A DNA stretch of 64,000 bases from a virus (IMGVR_UViG_3300025424_000296:32001-96000); one strand, 5' to 3'; counted from the first letter of the stretch, positions 21,527 through 31,112 are shown. Made by a program: numbers and translations. The notes: generated by a model from the sequence alone, not told the origin.

Positions 21527-22981
21527 ATGATATATGACCTACTAATTGTCGGCGGCGGAATTAACGGCTGTGCTATAGCAAGAGATGCAGCAGGTCGTGG
21601 TTTACGAGTTCTGTTAGTCGAACAAAACGACCTAGCAAGTGCTACTTCTTCAGCATCAACAAAACTAATACACGGCGGCTTACGCTATCTTGAAACATAC
21701 GATTTCAGATTGGTACACGAAGCACTAGCAGAACGTGAAATATTACTGGCTAACGCACCTCACATCATTTGGCCCTTGAACTTTGTACTACCTCATGCAA
21801 AAGGACTGCGTCCAAAATGGATGATCAAACTTGGTCTTTGGTTATATGATCATCTAGCAACACGTAAAACATTACCCAAGTCTAAAATGGTAATGCTCCA
21901 GGGTAACTGGATGGGCAAACCTCTTAAGAAAGAATACGAAATAGGGTTTACCTACGCAGATTGCTGGGTAGATGATGCTAGACTAGTTGTGCTTAATGCA
22001 GTTAATGCTAGAGAATATGGAGCGGAAATATGTGTAGGTACTCGTCTATTGAATGCTACGTCTCAAAATGGATCGTGGACTGCAACACTTAGTAATAGAC
22101 GAGAAGTTCAATCACGAGTACTGATTAATGCAGCAGGACCGTGGGTGTCTGAAGTACTTGATAATATAGAAATAAAATCTCATAAACATGTGAAATTAGT
22201 CAAGGGATCGCATATTGTAGTACATAGACAGTATCCGGGTAGTCATGCTTATATACTACAGAACAATGACGGACGTATTGCATTTGCTATTCCCTATGAA
22301 GGGGCATATACATTAATTGGTACAACTGACTTTGTTCATAATGATGCACCCGGACCTGTTGCTATCAGTGATGTTGAAACTGATTATTTGATTGAGTTAG
22401 TTAATCACTTTTGGGACAAACCGATCGCTCACAGTGATATAGTCTGGAGTTATGCAGGATTGAGACCACTATATGATGACGGTTCGGTAAATGCATCAGT
22501 TGTAACTAGAGATTATGCGTTTGACCTTAATACAGATTCTGCACCGGTATTATCTATATTTGGTGGTAAGATTACAACTGCTCGTAGATTGGCAGAACAT
22601 GCACTGGACGAGTTAGGCAAGTTTCTACCCAGTTGCGGAAACAAATGGACCAAGTCAGCAGCATTACCTGGCGGCGGTATAGATTTTGATAGATTTGTTA
22701 GACAACTACGTGAAGATAAACCTCTGATAGATTTTCACTTGTTATACAGACTTGCTCGTGCCTATGGTACACGAGCGTATGACCTATTAGGTGATGCTAC
22801 AACAAATGAGGATCTTGGACGAGACTTTGGGCATGGATTGACACAAGCCGAAGTTGATTATTTAATTGCAAATGAGTGGGCAAGATCTGCTGACGATATT
22901 CTATGGAGACGCAGTAAATTAGGATTGCACATGACTCAAGACGAGCAAGCAGTATTACGTGAATTTGTCAACAAAGAATAG
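21527..22981 (+). CDS. glpD: FAD-dependent glycerol-3-phosphate dehydrogenase
   Basis: GGGING, ATSSASTKLIHGGLRYLE, VDDARLV, VKGSHIV, GGKITT, WRRSKLG. Confidence 0.95.
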   Translation: MIYDLLIVGGGINGCAIARDAAGRGLRVLLVEQNDLASATSSASTKLIHGGLRYLETYDFRLVHEALAEREILLANAPHIIWPLNFVLPHAKGLRPKWMIKLGLWLYDHLATRKTLPKSKMVMLQGNWMGKPLKKEYEIGFTYADCWVDDARLVVLNAVNAREYGAEICVGTRLLNATSQNGSWTATLSNRREVQSRVLINAAGPWVSEVLDNIEIKSHKHVKLVKGSHIVVHRQYPGSHAYILQNNDGRIAFAIPYEGAYTLIGTTDFVHNDAPGPVAISDVETDYLIELVNHFWDKPIAHSDIVWSYAGLRPLYDDGSVNASVVTRDYAFDLNTDSAPVLSIFGGKITTARRLAEHALDELGKFLPSCGNKWTKSAALPGGGIDFDRFVRQLREDKPLIDFHLLYRLARAYGTRAYDLLGDATTNEDLGRDFGHGLTQAEVDYLIANEWARSADDILWRRSKLGLHMTQDEQAVLREFVNKE

Positions 22982-23036
22982 TTGACATTAAGTTATAAGG
23001 CACTATATTAAACATATAAAAGAAAGGAAACCGACT

Positions 23037-23225
23037 ATGAATAGATTCTTTATTACAACAACTCTAATGGTCGTACTTGCTACAACTTCGATCCCTAACT
23101 ATCTAGGATCTCTGATCGATGGAAATAGTGGTGGCTATCGATACGAAGCCAATGCTTCTACAATTAATAGAAAGCTGTCTTGTTTTACTCGTAGCTGGGA
23201 TGGACACACTACAGACTGTCTCTGA
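23037..23225 (+). CDS. Short ORF, possible leader peptide before tRNA-Asn
   Basis: TTGACA promoter at 22982, AAGGA RBS; stop overlaps a CTCTG/CAGAG-TTTT hairpin. Confidence 0.45.
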   Translation: MNRFFITTTLMVVLATTSIPNYLGSLIDGNSGGYRYEANASTINRKLSCFTRSWDGHTTDCL

Positions 23226-23272
23226 GGTTAACAGAGTTTTAAAAGATGCTAGTATATATGAGTAATAAATGT

Positions 23273-23355
23273 TTCCTTGTAGCTCAGTTGGTAAAGTAGT
23301 GACTGTTAATCACTTAATCACTTAGTCGTTGGTTCGAGTCCAACCGGGGGAGACA
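23273..23355 (+). pseudogene. tRNA-Asn(GTT) pseudogene
   Basis: Cloverleaf with CTGTTAA loop, but 8-nt TTAATCAC duplication, weakened D and acceptor stems, ACA instead of CCA. Confidence 0.75.
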
Positions 23356-23412
23356 AAATTAAATAATTTTGTGATTTGACTCAGTTACGTACATCACTTA
23401 TAATCATTGATT

Positions 23413-24081
23413 ATGTTAGAACATTTAGAAGATCAAATCAGGAAATTAAAACCTTTCTTTGCCAAAGGTGCTGTTAAAGATATATTTTCCTGGCAAGAAT
23501 TAGAGTCTTTAATAAATCTTAAACCTTTATTAAACCACCAGAGATTTCATATAATATCTGGAAAAAGATATGATCCTGGATTTTTTGCATGGACAACTGA
23601 TCGTGAATTATATAGTATAGAATCATTAGAAAATGATGTACCCAAATATCTATGCTTTTTACAGGATGCGTCGCGTGTAAATTCACAAGTTAACACAGTG
23701 TGTTCAGAATTAGAGGAATTAACCAAATGTCCAACAGATGCGCATATATATTTTGATTTAAATCCGGTCGCTAAAAATGGGTTTGGAATACATTATGATA
23801 TGTCACATAATTTAATTGTGCAAATTGAAGGAAAAACTCAGTTTGAATGCTGGGACATCAAAGGCGGACCAGAGCCAATGGGTCCTAAACCAGAGTCTTT
23901 ACCAGAAGATCCTATTTTAGATGTAACAATGGAACCAGGTGATGCGATTTTTGTTCCTGTTTATCATTATCACAGAGCAAGATCGATAACTAAAAGACTA
24001 TCTATTAGTCTCCCTAGCTGTGCCACTTCTCCATTCACTCCGTGTCAGGAAAGACAATGGATTAAATTAAATATAGATTAG
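23413..24081 (+). CDS. JmjC/cupin-like Fe(II) oxygenase
   Basis: GFGIHYD...QIEGK...MEPGDAIFVP..YH (HxD...H triad). Confidence 0.8.
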   Translation: MLEHLEDQIRKLKPFFAKGAVKDIFSWQELESLINLKPLLNHQRFHIISGKRYDPGFFAWTTDRELYSIESLENDVPKYLCFLQDASRVNSQVNTVCSELEELTKCPTDAHIYFDLNPVAKNGFGIHYDMSHNLIVQIEGKTQFECWDIKGGPEPMGPKPESLPEDPILDVTMEPGDAIFVPVYHYHRARSITKRLSISLPSCATSPFTPCQERQWIKLNID

Positions 24082-24088
24082 GAAATTA

Positions 24089-24832
24089 ATGTTCACTTTT
24101 TTTCATCGCAAACCTACTATAACAATTGACTGTTTTACCTGTAATGAATTTGCATATGAACACACACCGATAGTAAAGACTTCAAGATCTTTACCAGACT
24201 GGTGGCGTAAACTGCCGAGAAGTAAACCCACAAATCCAATCTATCCACAGTTACAAAAAACCAATATGAGACACTGTTATGGCTTTATAGAACTTTTCAG
24301 ACGTGGTCTGATTATACCGACATGGTGTGAAGCACATATCAAGTGTTACAGTGATAATGTAGTGTGTGAACCATCTAAATCAAATATTACTGGGTTTGAA
24401 AGTCACGAGAGAGAGTTATTTGCAGGTGGGTTTTCTAGCTATAATCATTTCAAATGGCACCCGCCTTGGTTAATTAAAGAAAAAACAGGATTGCACTTTT
24501 TCTTTACTGAAGCAACTTGGTTAATAGAAAATCAATGTTACACTATTCTACCAGGTGTAGTTGAATATAAACTAAATCATAGTACTGCTATTAATTTCTT
24601 TTTTCCAAAGTCAGACGTACCGTATGATGTTTATCTACAAGCAGGTCAACCTCTGATTCAGATAGTTCCGTTGTTAGATGATAAGAATATTGAACATAAA
24701 AATCATCTAATAAGTTCTGAAGAATATAACAGGATGCATGGTGCGTGTGCCATGGGATTATTTGGCGGATATAAATCTCTTACTAGATTATCTAAGAAAA
24801 ATGAAGAACAATCTAAATGTCCATTTGACTAA
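24089..24832 (+). CDS. Hypothetical protein (paralogue of 27411..28145)
   Basis: MFTFFHR..., PDWW, CYGF, LPGVVE, AGQPL, C-terminal KCPF. Confidence 0.75.
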   Translation: MFTFFHRKPTITIDCFTCNEFAYEHTPIVKTSRSLPDWWRKLPRSKPTNPIYPQLQKTNMRHCYGFIELFRRGLIIPTWCEAHIKCYSDNVVCEPSKSNITGFESHERELFAGGFSSYNHFKWHPPWLIKEKTGLHFFFTEATWLIENQCYTILPGVVEYKLNHSTAINFFFPKSDVPYDVYLQAGQPLIQIVPLLDDKNIEHKNHLISSEEYNRMHGACAMGLFGGYKSLTRLSKKNEEQSKCPFD

Positions 24833-24895
24833 AATCAAATTGAATTTCATATCATTGATAGATTAAACAAATTTTATTTTTAAACGGAGAAAAAT

Positions 24896-25210
24896 ATGAA
24901 GAAGCCTTTTATTTCACTACTAGCAATACTTGTTATCTCACTATCTAGTATCACTCAGGCCAGTGCATGGCGAGGCGGCGGCTGGGGTGGTCACGGCGGA
25001 TATGGCTGGGGTCGCGGTGGCTATTATGGTGGTTATGGTAGGGGCTATGGTTACGGTGGTGGTTGGGGAGGCTACGGCGCTGCTGCTGGTATTGGATTAG
25101 GACTAGGTATACTAGGTGGTGCTATTGCTGGTAGCCAGTATTACAACCAAACTTGTATTAACCCTTATAATGGTGTTAGGTACTATTGCAACGGGTATAA
25201 CGGTTGGTGA
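24896..25210 (+). CDS. Gly/Tyr-rich secreted protein
   Basis: Signal peptide (ASA), GGWGG/GYG repeats, GLGILGGAIA. Confidence 0.7.
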   Translation: MKKPFISLLAILVISLSSITQASAWRGGGWGGHGGYGWGRGGYYGGYGRGYGYGGGWGGYGAAAGIGLGLGILGGAIAGSQYYNQTCINPYNGVRYYCNGYNGW

Positions 25211-25217
25211 GTTAAAT

Positions 25218-25259
25218 TAACTCCGCTGTGTTAGAATAAATATCAGCGTAGCGGAGTTA
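25218..25259 (+). promoter_or_regulatory. RBS-sequestering hairpin with a late promoter in its loop
   Basis: 15-bp stem TAACTCCGCTGTGTT/AGCGTAGCGGAGTTA; TAAATA in the loop; GGAG in the 3' arm. Confidence 0.75.
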
Positions 25260-25263
25260 TTAG

Positions 25264-25986
25264 ATGAAAATAAACGAATTAGAACGCAACATTATTAAAA
25301 AGAGTGACGCTAAACTTTGGCCCTATAAGCGAAGCGATTACACAAAAGAATTACCTATTTCTATCGGCGAGTATGATGTTCTTTCTAAAACACACAGTCA
25401 ACGAGCAGGTGATAATATATCAACTATTAGCGGTATAATGGTTGGTGTATTTGACGGCGAAACAGGTGTTGCTAATATGTTTATTTCTCCTAGTGATTAC
25501 CAGGGCATTAAATGTTATCATGTTGAATATACGTTTCTTAATCCAAAATACCAAGGACAGGCTATAGGCTATGAATTATACAGAGGTTTGATAGTATTAA
25601 TGGGTATACCATTGATAACTGTTGGCAGCCAAAGTCCGGGTGCAAGAAAGACTTGGCTACGATTAGCACAAGATCCTCAGATAACAGCATACGGACTTGA
25701 TATTGATAGAGACATTGTGTTCAATTTACAAGCAAATAAAAATCAAACAGAATTAAAAAGTTCAGGTAAAAAGATACAGGTTTATGACAATTATAGCACG
25801 GGTATTATTTTGGTAATTAAGAATGGCCCATATGCTCGTAAGTTAGAAAAGTTAAGAAGAGAAACACAAGATCGTGTTGGATATTATGATCCATTATTTT
25901 ATGATAAACTAAGTGTTGATAAAAATATCAAGAAGCCAACCAAGCCAGATATTTTCGGCACTAAGAAATTTGATCCAATAACTTGA
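25264..25986 (+). CDS. Late protein with GNAT-like motif
   Basis: LNPKYQGQAIGYELY acetyl-CoA-binding-like motif, QSPGARKTW; MKINEL N-terminus. Confidence 0.55.
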   Translation: MKINELERNIIKKSDAKLWPYKRSDYTKELPISIGEYDVLSKTHSQRAGDNISTISGIMVGVFDGETGVANMFISPSDYQGIKCYHVEYTFLNPKYQGQAIGYELYRGLIVLMGIPLITVGSQSPGARKTWLRLAQDPQITAYGLDIDRDIVFNLQANKNQTELKSSGKKIQVYDNYSTGIILVIKNGPYARKLEKLRRETQDRVGYYDPLFYDKLSVDKNIKKPTKPDIFGTKKFDPIT

Positions 25987-26117
25987 GAGTATTTGTGTAA
26001 TGATAGATTGTAAATTAATTATTTGGTTTTTGTGTGGTATTGTTATAATAATATTAATGACAATGTTTGATGACGTATTATTGGGGCCGCCAAACTTTCC
26101 CTAAAAGGAGAACTGCA

Positions 26118-26231
26118 ATGGATGAAAAAAATGCAATTAAGGCTATTACAATTTTAGCTGTTGGATTTGGTTGTACAATACTTCTTGGATTTGTGTTTAG
26201 TTCATTAGTAATGAAGTACGGTTTTAATTAA
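26118..26231 (+). CDS. 37-aa single-TM microprotein
   Basis: AAGGAG RBS. Confidence 0.55.
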   Translation: MDEKNAIKAITILAVGFGCTILLGFVFSSLVMKYGFN

Positions 26232-26247
26232 AAGGTAGCGCAATCAA

Positions 26248-26538
26248 ATGAAAAAATTATTCACAGTGGTATTGACAATTTTTATAATAAGTACCAACCT
26301 TGCTATAGCTCAAGTTTATTATGCACCATATCCTGTATACGGTGTTCAGGTAGTAGTACCTCCACCTGTTGTAGTAGCACCTGCTCCTGTAATTGTACAG
26401 CAACCCATAATTGTACAGCAACCCATAATCGTACAGCAACCTGTTACAGTGTATACCCCGACTTGTTGGATGCAACCGGATCCTTACACTTTTCTTGGTG
26501 AAATATTCGGATATGATTACTATCAAGTTTGCAGGTAA
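26248..26538 (+). CDS. Pro/Val-rich secreted protein
   Basis: Signal peptide; 18-bp IVQQP repeat x3. Confidence 0.6.
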   Translation: MKKLFTVVLTIFIISTNLAIAQVYYAPYPVYGVQVVVPPPVVVAPAPVIVQQPIIVQQPIIVQQPVTVYTPTCWMQPDPYTFLGEIFGYDYYQVCR

Positions 26539-26546
26539 TCTTATTA

Positions 26547-27296
26547 TTATTGGTTAGAAAGCATTCTTTTGGATGTTATGGGTATATTTGCATTTATATC
26601 CCATTTTACACCATTATATTTTAACCAATCTGTATAAATTTTATGCGGATCAAAGGTATATAAATTCAAATCTGCAAATCTATTTAAATTATTATAAATG
26701 TCTGCCCAAATATCCATACTCTGGCTATTACCACTCACCCATAAATCATGTAAAATCGCATACTTATCTTTGTAAAATCCGTTATATGTCAAAATGTCGG
26801 GGTTTAGTATGGTAAGATCAATATCTTGTTCAAATAATACATCCCACCTTGTAGCAATTACGTAATCGTATTTTTTCCCAGTGAAAACTTCTTGTTGTTT
26901 TTTAAGGGTTATTACTGCACTTCTAGAATGCATTAAGCCAAAAACACCAAGAGGTCTATGTTTAGCAAACGGCATACCAAATCTTTTAAATTGTGTGGTT
27001 AATTCTTTAAATCTATTGATGTGCAAATTAAAATTATCTAGATGTAAACCTACTGGTTTGGTACAGTTAATCATACCCTCGATGACTCCCAGATCTACAG
27101 GCGAACTTGATAAATGATACCCGGGGTGATAAAGAGAAGACATACATTGCTCTGGCTCTATTTGAAGTCCGATACTATCAGTCCATGTCATAGCAAATAT
27201 ATCAGGATTATATGGTTTGATTAACTTCTGGTAAATTCCTTCCCAACACAACTCAAAAGTTCTAAGATGGCCGTATAAACAAAGAGCAATATTCAT
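26547..27296 (-). CDS. Putative glycosyltransferase-like protein
   Basis: MNIALCLYGHLRTF...YDYVIATRWDV...HDLW.SG. Confidence 0.55.
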   Translation of the reverse strand: MNIALCLYGHLRTFELCWEGIYQKLIKPYNPDIFAMTWTDSIGLQIEPEQCMSSLYHPGYHLSSSPVDLGVIEGMINCTKPVGLHLDNFNLHINRFKELTTQFKRFGMPFAKHRPLGVFGLMHSRSAVITLKKQQEVFTGKKYDYVIATRWDVLFEQDIDLTILNPDILTYNGFYKDKYAILHDLWVSGNSQSMDIWADIYNNLNRFADLNLYTFDPHKIYTDWLKYNGVKWDINANIPITSKRMLSNQ

Positions 27297-27410
27297 AATT
27301 TATCCTCAGTTTTCTTTGTAATAAACTTGATTGACAAGGTTTTAATTTACAAATATACTTATCTATAATAAAGTGCATATTTAACATTTATAACTAAATT
27401 ATGAGGATAT

Positions 27411-28145
27411 ATGTTTACATTTTTTCACAGAACAACAAAAATAACTCTAGATTGTTTTACAGCTATGCCCGAAGTTTATAACTGTGTGCCAATAATTAAA
27501 ACATCGAGAACTATACCAGACTGGTGGAAATCTTTACCAAATCCTGGCAAAGGAAATGCATTAGTGAATCCTAACGACAATAACAATATGCGGCGTTGTT
27601 ACGGATTTGTTGAGCTGTTGAAAAAAGGTGTAACCTTATGTAATTGGGCAGATATGCATCTCCGTGTGACCGATGCTGGATATAAATTTAAAGTTACTGC
27701 CGGAGTAGAACCGGGATGCCATCATACTGATCAATATCAAGGAGCATTTTTAGACTGGTTTCACGTTAAGATGCATAGTCCTTGGTACTTCAGAGAAAAA
27801 ACAGGAGTACAATTTTTGTTTATGGGTGCTGAATGGCTGTTAGACAAATACGACTTTAAAGTTTTACCAGGTGTCGTTGAATTTCAAGTTAATGCTGCAA
27901 CTAATGTTAATATTATGGTACAAGCCAGAAGAGATCCGTATGATATATTTTTACCAGCAGGCCAGCCGTTAGTACAGTTAATACCATTAACTGAAAATAA
28001 AACAATAGAAGTAAAATGCCATGTAGTAACAGATGCAGAATACAGTAAAATTGCTCGACATCATATAACTTATAGGGGAATTAAAGAACAATTAAAATTA
28101 TATAAAAAGGCGCATACACCTGAATCAAAGTGTCCTTTTCACTGA
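27411..28145 (+). CDS. Hypothetical protein (paralogue of 24089..24832)
   Basis: Same motifs as the 24089 ORF. Confidence 0.75.
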   Translation: MFTFFHRTTKITLDCFTAMPEVYNCVPIIKTSRTIPDWWKSLPNPGKGNALVNPNDNNNMRRCYGFVELLKKGVTLCNWADMHLRVTDAGYKFKVTAGVEPGCHHTDQYQGAFLDWFHVKMHSPWYFREKTGVQFLFMGAEWLLDKYDFKVLPGVVEFQVNAATNVNIMVQARRDPYDIFLPAGQPLVQLIPLTENKTIEVKCHVVTDAEYSKIARHHITYRGIKEQLKLYKKAHTPESKCPFH

Positions 28146-28175
28146 TTTTAAATCTTTAAAACAAGGTAGAGTTAA

Positions 28176-29735
28176 ATGCAAATTAATAGTATAATAATTG
28201 TAGGCGGGGGATCATCAGGATGGATGACTGCTGCTCTAATTTCAAAATTACTACCTGAAATTAATTTATCACTAGTAGAATCTAAACATATACCTATCAT
28301 CGGCGTCGGGGAATCAACTTTATCAAGTATTAACTCATATTTGCGAAGACTTGAAATACATGATGATCAATGGATGAGTAAATGTAATGCTACTTATAAA
28401 ACATCTATTAGATTTACTAATTTTTTTGAACAGGGTAAATCATATCATGACGTATTAAAATATCTAGAGGTTCCATTTCCCATACCAGGTAATTTTGGAA
28501 TTACAATATTTAATCTATTATGCCTTAGATTTCCTGACGAATTTAGACCAGAAGATTTACCTAAATTTGCAGATGACACTTGGCAAATGATAGAAAATAA
28601 CAGGTACACCGATGATCCTGGTCCAATGAGTTGGGATACTAAAAAAGAAAAAGCATATCATTTTGATGCTTATAAATTTGGATTGGTATTAAAAGATTTA
28701 TTAGCCATTCCGAATGGAACAACACACATACAAGACGATGTATTAGAAGTACAAACTGATAAATTTGGTGTTAGCGGACTTGTGACTAAAGAACATGGAA
28801 TATTAACAGCCGACTTATACATAGACTGTACAGGATTTAAGTCGTTATTGCTAGGTGAAACATTGGATACCCCTTTTAATAGGTTTGATGATACGCTGTT
28901 AAATAATAAAGCTGTAGTTACCAACATACCATATCTTGATAAAGTTAATGAATTAACCAGTTATACTGATTGTACAACCATGCCAAATGGTTGGCTATGG
29001 ACTATCCCTACATGGGATAAACTCGGAACAGGATATGTTTATTCAGATAAATTTGTTGATAATGAAACTGCAAAAAAACAATTTATAGACACTCTGAGAT
29101 CTCGATATGGAGACAGAGTTAACGAATGTGAATTCCGTTACATTGAATTCACTCCCGGTGTGAGGGATATACCATGGAATAAAAATGTCGTCGGTATTGG
29201 ACTAAGTTGTGGATTTATAGAACCACTTAGATCAACCGGACTTCAGGTTACACATGATATGGCAATAACATTAACTGATATATTAATTAAAAACAGTAGG
29301 AAAATAGGTAGTATTAATAAAGAAATTTATAATTTTAATGTTAAAGTACTCTTGCACAATGCTAGAGATTTTGTATCTTTACATTACGCATTATCTAAAA
29401 GATGCGACACAGATTATTGGAAACACGCAGTAAATGATGTAAGTTATTTTAAGGATAATGATCTTTTTAAACAATTTGCATATTCTGGAACTAGTAATGT
29501 ATTGAATAAATTTAACAGTAATGATCAAATGTTTAGAACGTATGCTAGTTCTGGATATAATAGAATGACAGAAGCTGATTTTAAAATTTTATTAGACGAT
29601 AATCCTGATTTAGATAGAGATTTACAAACTGTTAAAAAGATATGGACAAGACGGCATCAAGAAATCGGAGCATATGTAAAAACGTTGCCTACTACAGCTG
29701 AATTTTTAAAGAAAAATATATATAATACCGATTGA
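28176..29735 (+). CDS. Tryptophan halogenase-like flavoprotein
   Basis: GGGSSG, IGVGEST, AYHFDA, YIDCTGF, GWLWTIP (WxWxIP), GFIEPL.STG. Confidence 0.88.
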   Translation: MQINSIIIVGGGSSGWMTAALISKLLPEINLSLVESKHIPIIGVGESTLSSINSYLRRLEIHDDQWMSKCNATYKTSIRFTNFFEQGKSYHDVLKYLEVPFPIPGNFGITIFNLLCLRFPDEFRPEDLPKFADDTWQMIENNRYTDDPGPMSWDTKKEKAYHFDAYKFGLVLKDLLAIPNGTTHIQDDVLEVQTDKFGVSGLVTKEHGILTADLYIDCTGFKSLLLGETLDTPFNRFDDTLLNNKAVVTNIPYLDKVNELTSYTDCTTMPNGWLWTIPTWDKLGTGYVYSDKFVDNETAKKQFIDTLRSRYGDRVNECEFRYIEFTPGVRDIPWNKNVVGIGLSCGFIEPLRSTGLQVTHDMAITLTDILIKNSRKIGSINKEIYNFNVKVLLHNARDFVSLHYALSKRCDTDYWKHAVNDVSYFKDNDLFKQFAYSGTSNVLNKFNSNDQMFRTYASSGYNRMTEADFKILLDDNPDLDRDLQTVKKIWTRRHQEIGAYVKTLPTTAEFLKKNIYNTD

Positions 29736-29770
29736 CTTTATCAACAAAGACTATATAGTATAAAAACGTT

Positions 29771-29860
29771 ATGAGAAAGAACAAAACAGTGGGCTACTGG
29801 CTAAATTTTATTTGTTTGCAACTAACCTGGATTGAACCAGGGGAGGGGCCTATCGTATAG
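29771..29860 (+). CDS. Putative attenuator leader peptide (29 aa)
   Basis: MRKNKTVGYWLNFICLQLTWIEPGEGPIV*, directly after the TTGACT promoter at 29732; stop lies within the antiterminator arm. Confidence 0.6.
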   Translation: MRKNKTVGYWLNFICLQLTWIEPGEGPIV

Positions 29861-29926
29861 TGTGATGTGATGACATTATACGACTTTTAGGCCCTTGGAA
29901 CAGACGTGTTTCAAGGGTTTTTGTTT
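29846..29926 (+). promoter_or_regulatory. Overlapping antiterminator (29846-29894) and intrinsic terminator (29890-29926)
   Basis: GGGCCTA/TAGGCCC plus TCGTATAGTGT/ACATTATACGA, versus CCCTTGGAACA/TGTTTCAAGGG followed by TTTTTGTTT; GGCCC is shared. Confidence 0.75.
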
Positions 29927-29944
29927 ATCAAAGGAGAAACTGAA

Positions 29945-30100
29945 ATGAAATGGTCCAAGTTGATTCAACGAACATACAAAGCTATAATCAAGGGCGATGT
30001 AGAAAAAGAAGCCAAACTATGGCATAGAGCTCTTAAGAAAAATATGAAAGCGCATGCCAAAGGTAAAAAGAGAAAACCAGGCGATACTGTTATACGTTAA
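29945..30100 (+). CDS. Small basic protein
   Basis: AAGGAG RBS; 51-aa Lys-rich ORF directly before tRNA-Glu. Confidence 0.6.
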   Translation: MKWSKLIQRTYKAIIKGDVEKEAKLWHRALKKNMKAHAKGKKRKPGDTVIR

Positions 30101-30110
30101 AATCCAGTAT

Positions 30111-30187
30111 GCTCCCATAGATTACGTTGGTTAGATCGTTGCCCTTTCACGGCAAAGAACCCGGATCGTCGCCGGGTGGGAGCACCA
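30111..30187 (+). tRNA. tRNA-Glu(TTC)
   Basis: GCTCCCA/TGGGAGC acceptor, TTGCC-CTTTCAC-GGCAA anticodon arm, encoded CCA. Confidence 0.9.
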
Positions 30188-30201
30188 TTTAAAAGTTATA
30201 A

Positions 30202-30278
30202 TGGCGTGTAGCTCGGTTGGTCAGAGCATTCGACTGATAATCGAAAGGTCGGTAGTTCAAATCTACCCATGCCAACCA
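30202..30278 (+). tRNA. tRNA-Ile(GAT)
   Basis: TTCGA-CTGATAA-TCGAA anticodon arm, GTTCAAATC T-loop, CCA. Confidence 0.93.
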
Positions 30279-30344
30279 TTATAAATAGATTTACTACAAT
30301 TTATACCATAAAATATCATATTTATAATACATAAAGGAACATTC

Positions 30345-31112
30345 ATGCTCATCGATTGTGTTTCATTTCTAAATGAATATGAAATGTTAGAGGGTAGATT
30401 AAAATATCTTTATGATATAGTCGACCACTTTATTATAGTAGAATCAGACTTTACATACACAGGTACACCTAAACCATTTAATTTTCAAGAAAATCGTGAT
30501 AGATACATGCCATTCATGGATAAAATCATTTATCTTCCTACACATCTTGATTATCAACCAGGAGTTAATCCCTGGCATATAGAAGACCGTCAACGAAATA
30601 GATATAATGATGCACTACAAGAATTCAGTAATGACACAGTGGTTATGATGAGCGACTGTGACGAAATACCATTGAAAGCTACGATACCTGCAGCAATTGA
30701 AGATTTAAAACAGAAAGGAACAACAACTGCATTCCAACAGCAATGCTTTTGGTTTAATTTTGATTGTTATGCAACATATCATAGCAATCCATGGCCGGGT
30801 ACAATCATGTCAACAGTTGGAATTTTAAGAAATCAAACAACTGGCCCAATGCGCGGACAACGATACCATTATAGACCAACTCAAAATGGTGGCTATCATC
30901 TTTCATACTTTTTTGACAACGAACGAATCAGTTTTAAAATACAAAGCTCGTCGCATAGAGAACAAGACTCTGAGACTGTTAGAAATTTAGACTACATTAG
31001 TGATAAAATTAAAAATCGTATTTGTTTGTTTAACAATGTACCATTTGACACCCCGCCTCCAATTGATCCTGAAATTTATGAAATTTTTCACGGATTACAA
31101 AATATGGGATAA
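30345..31112 (+). CDS. GT17-like (beta-1,4-GlcNAc transferase family) glycosyltransferase
   Basis: FLNEYEMLEGRL, VESDFTYTG.PK, QRN, MSDCDEIP, GYHLSYF. Confidence 0.82.
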   Translation: MLIDCVSFLNEYEMLEGRLKYLYDIVDHFIIVESDFTYTGTPKPFNFQENRDRYMPFMDKIIYLPTHLDYQPGVNPWHIEDRQRNRYNDALQEFSNDTVVMMSDCDEIPLKATIPAAIEDLKQKGTTTAFQQQCFWFNFDCYATYHSNPWPGTIMSTVGILRNQTTGPMRGQRYHYRPTQNGGYHLSYFFDNERISFKIQSSSHREQDSETVRNLDYISDKIKNRICLFNNVPFDTPPPIDPEIYEIFHGLQNMG

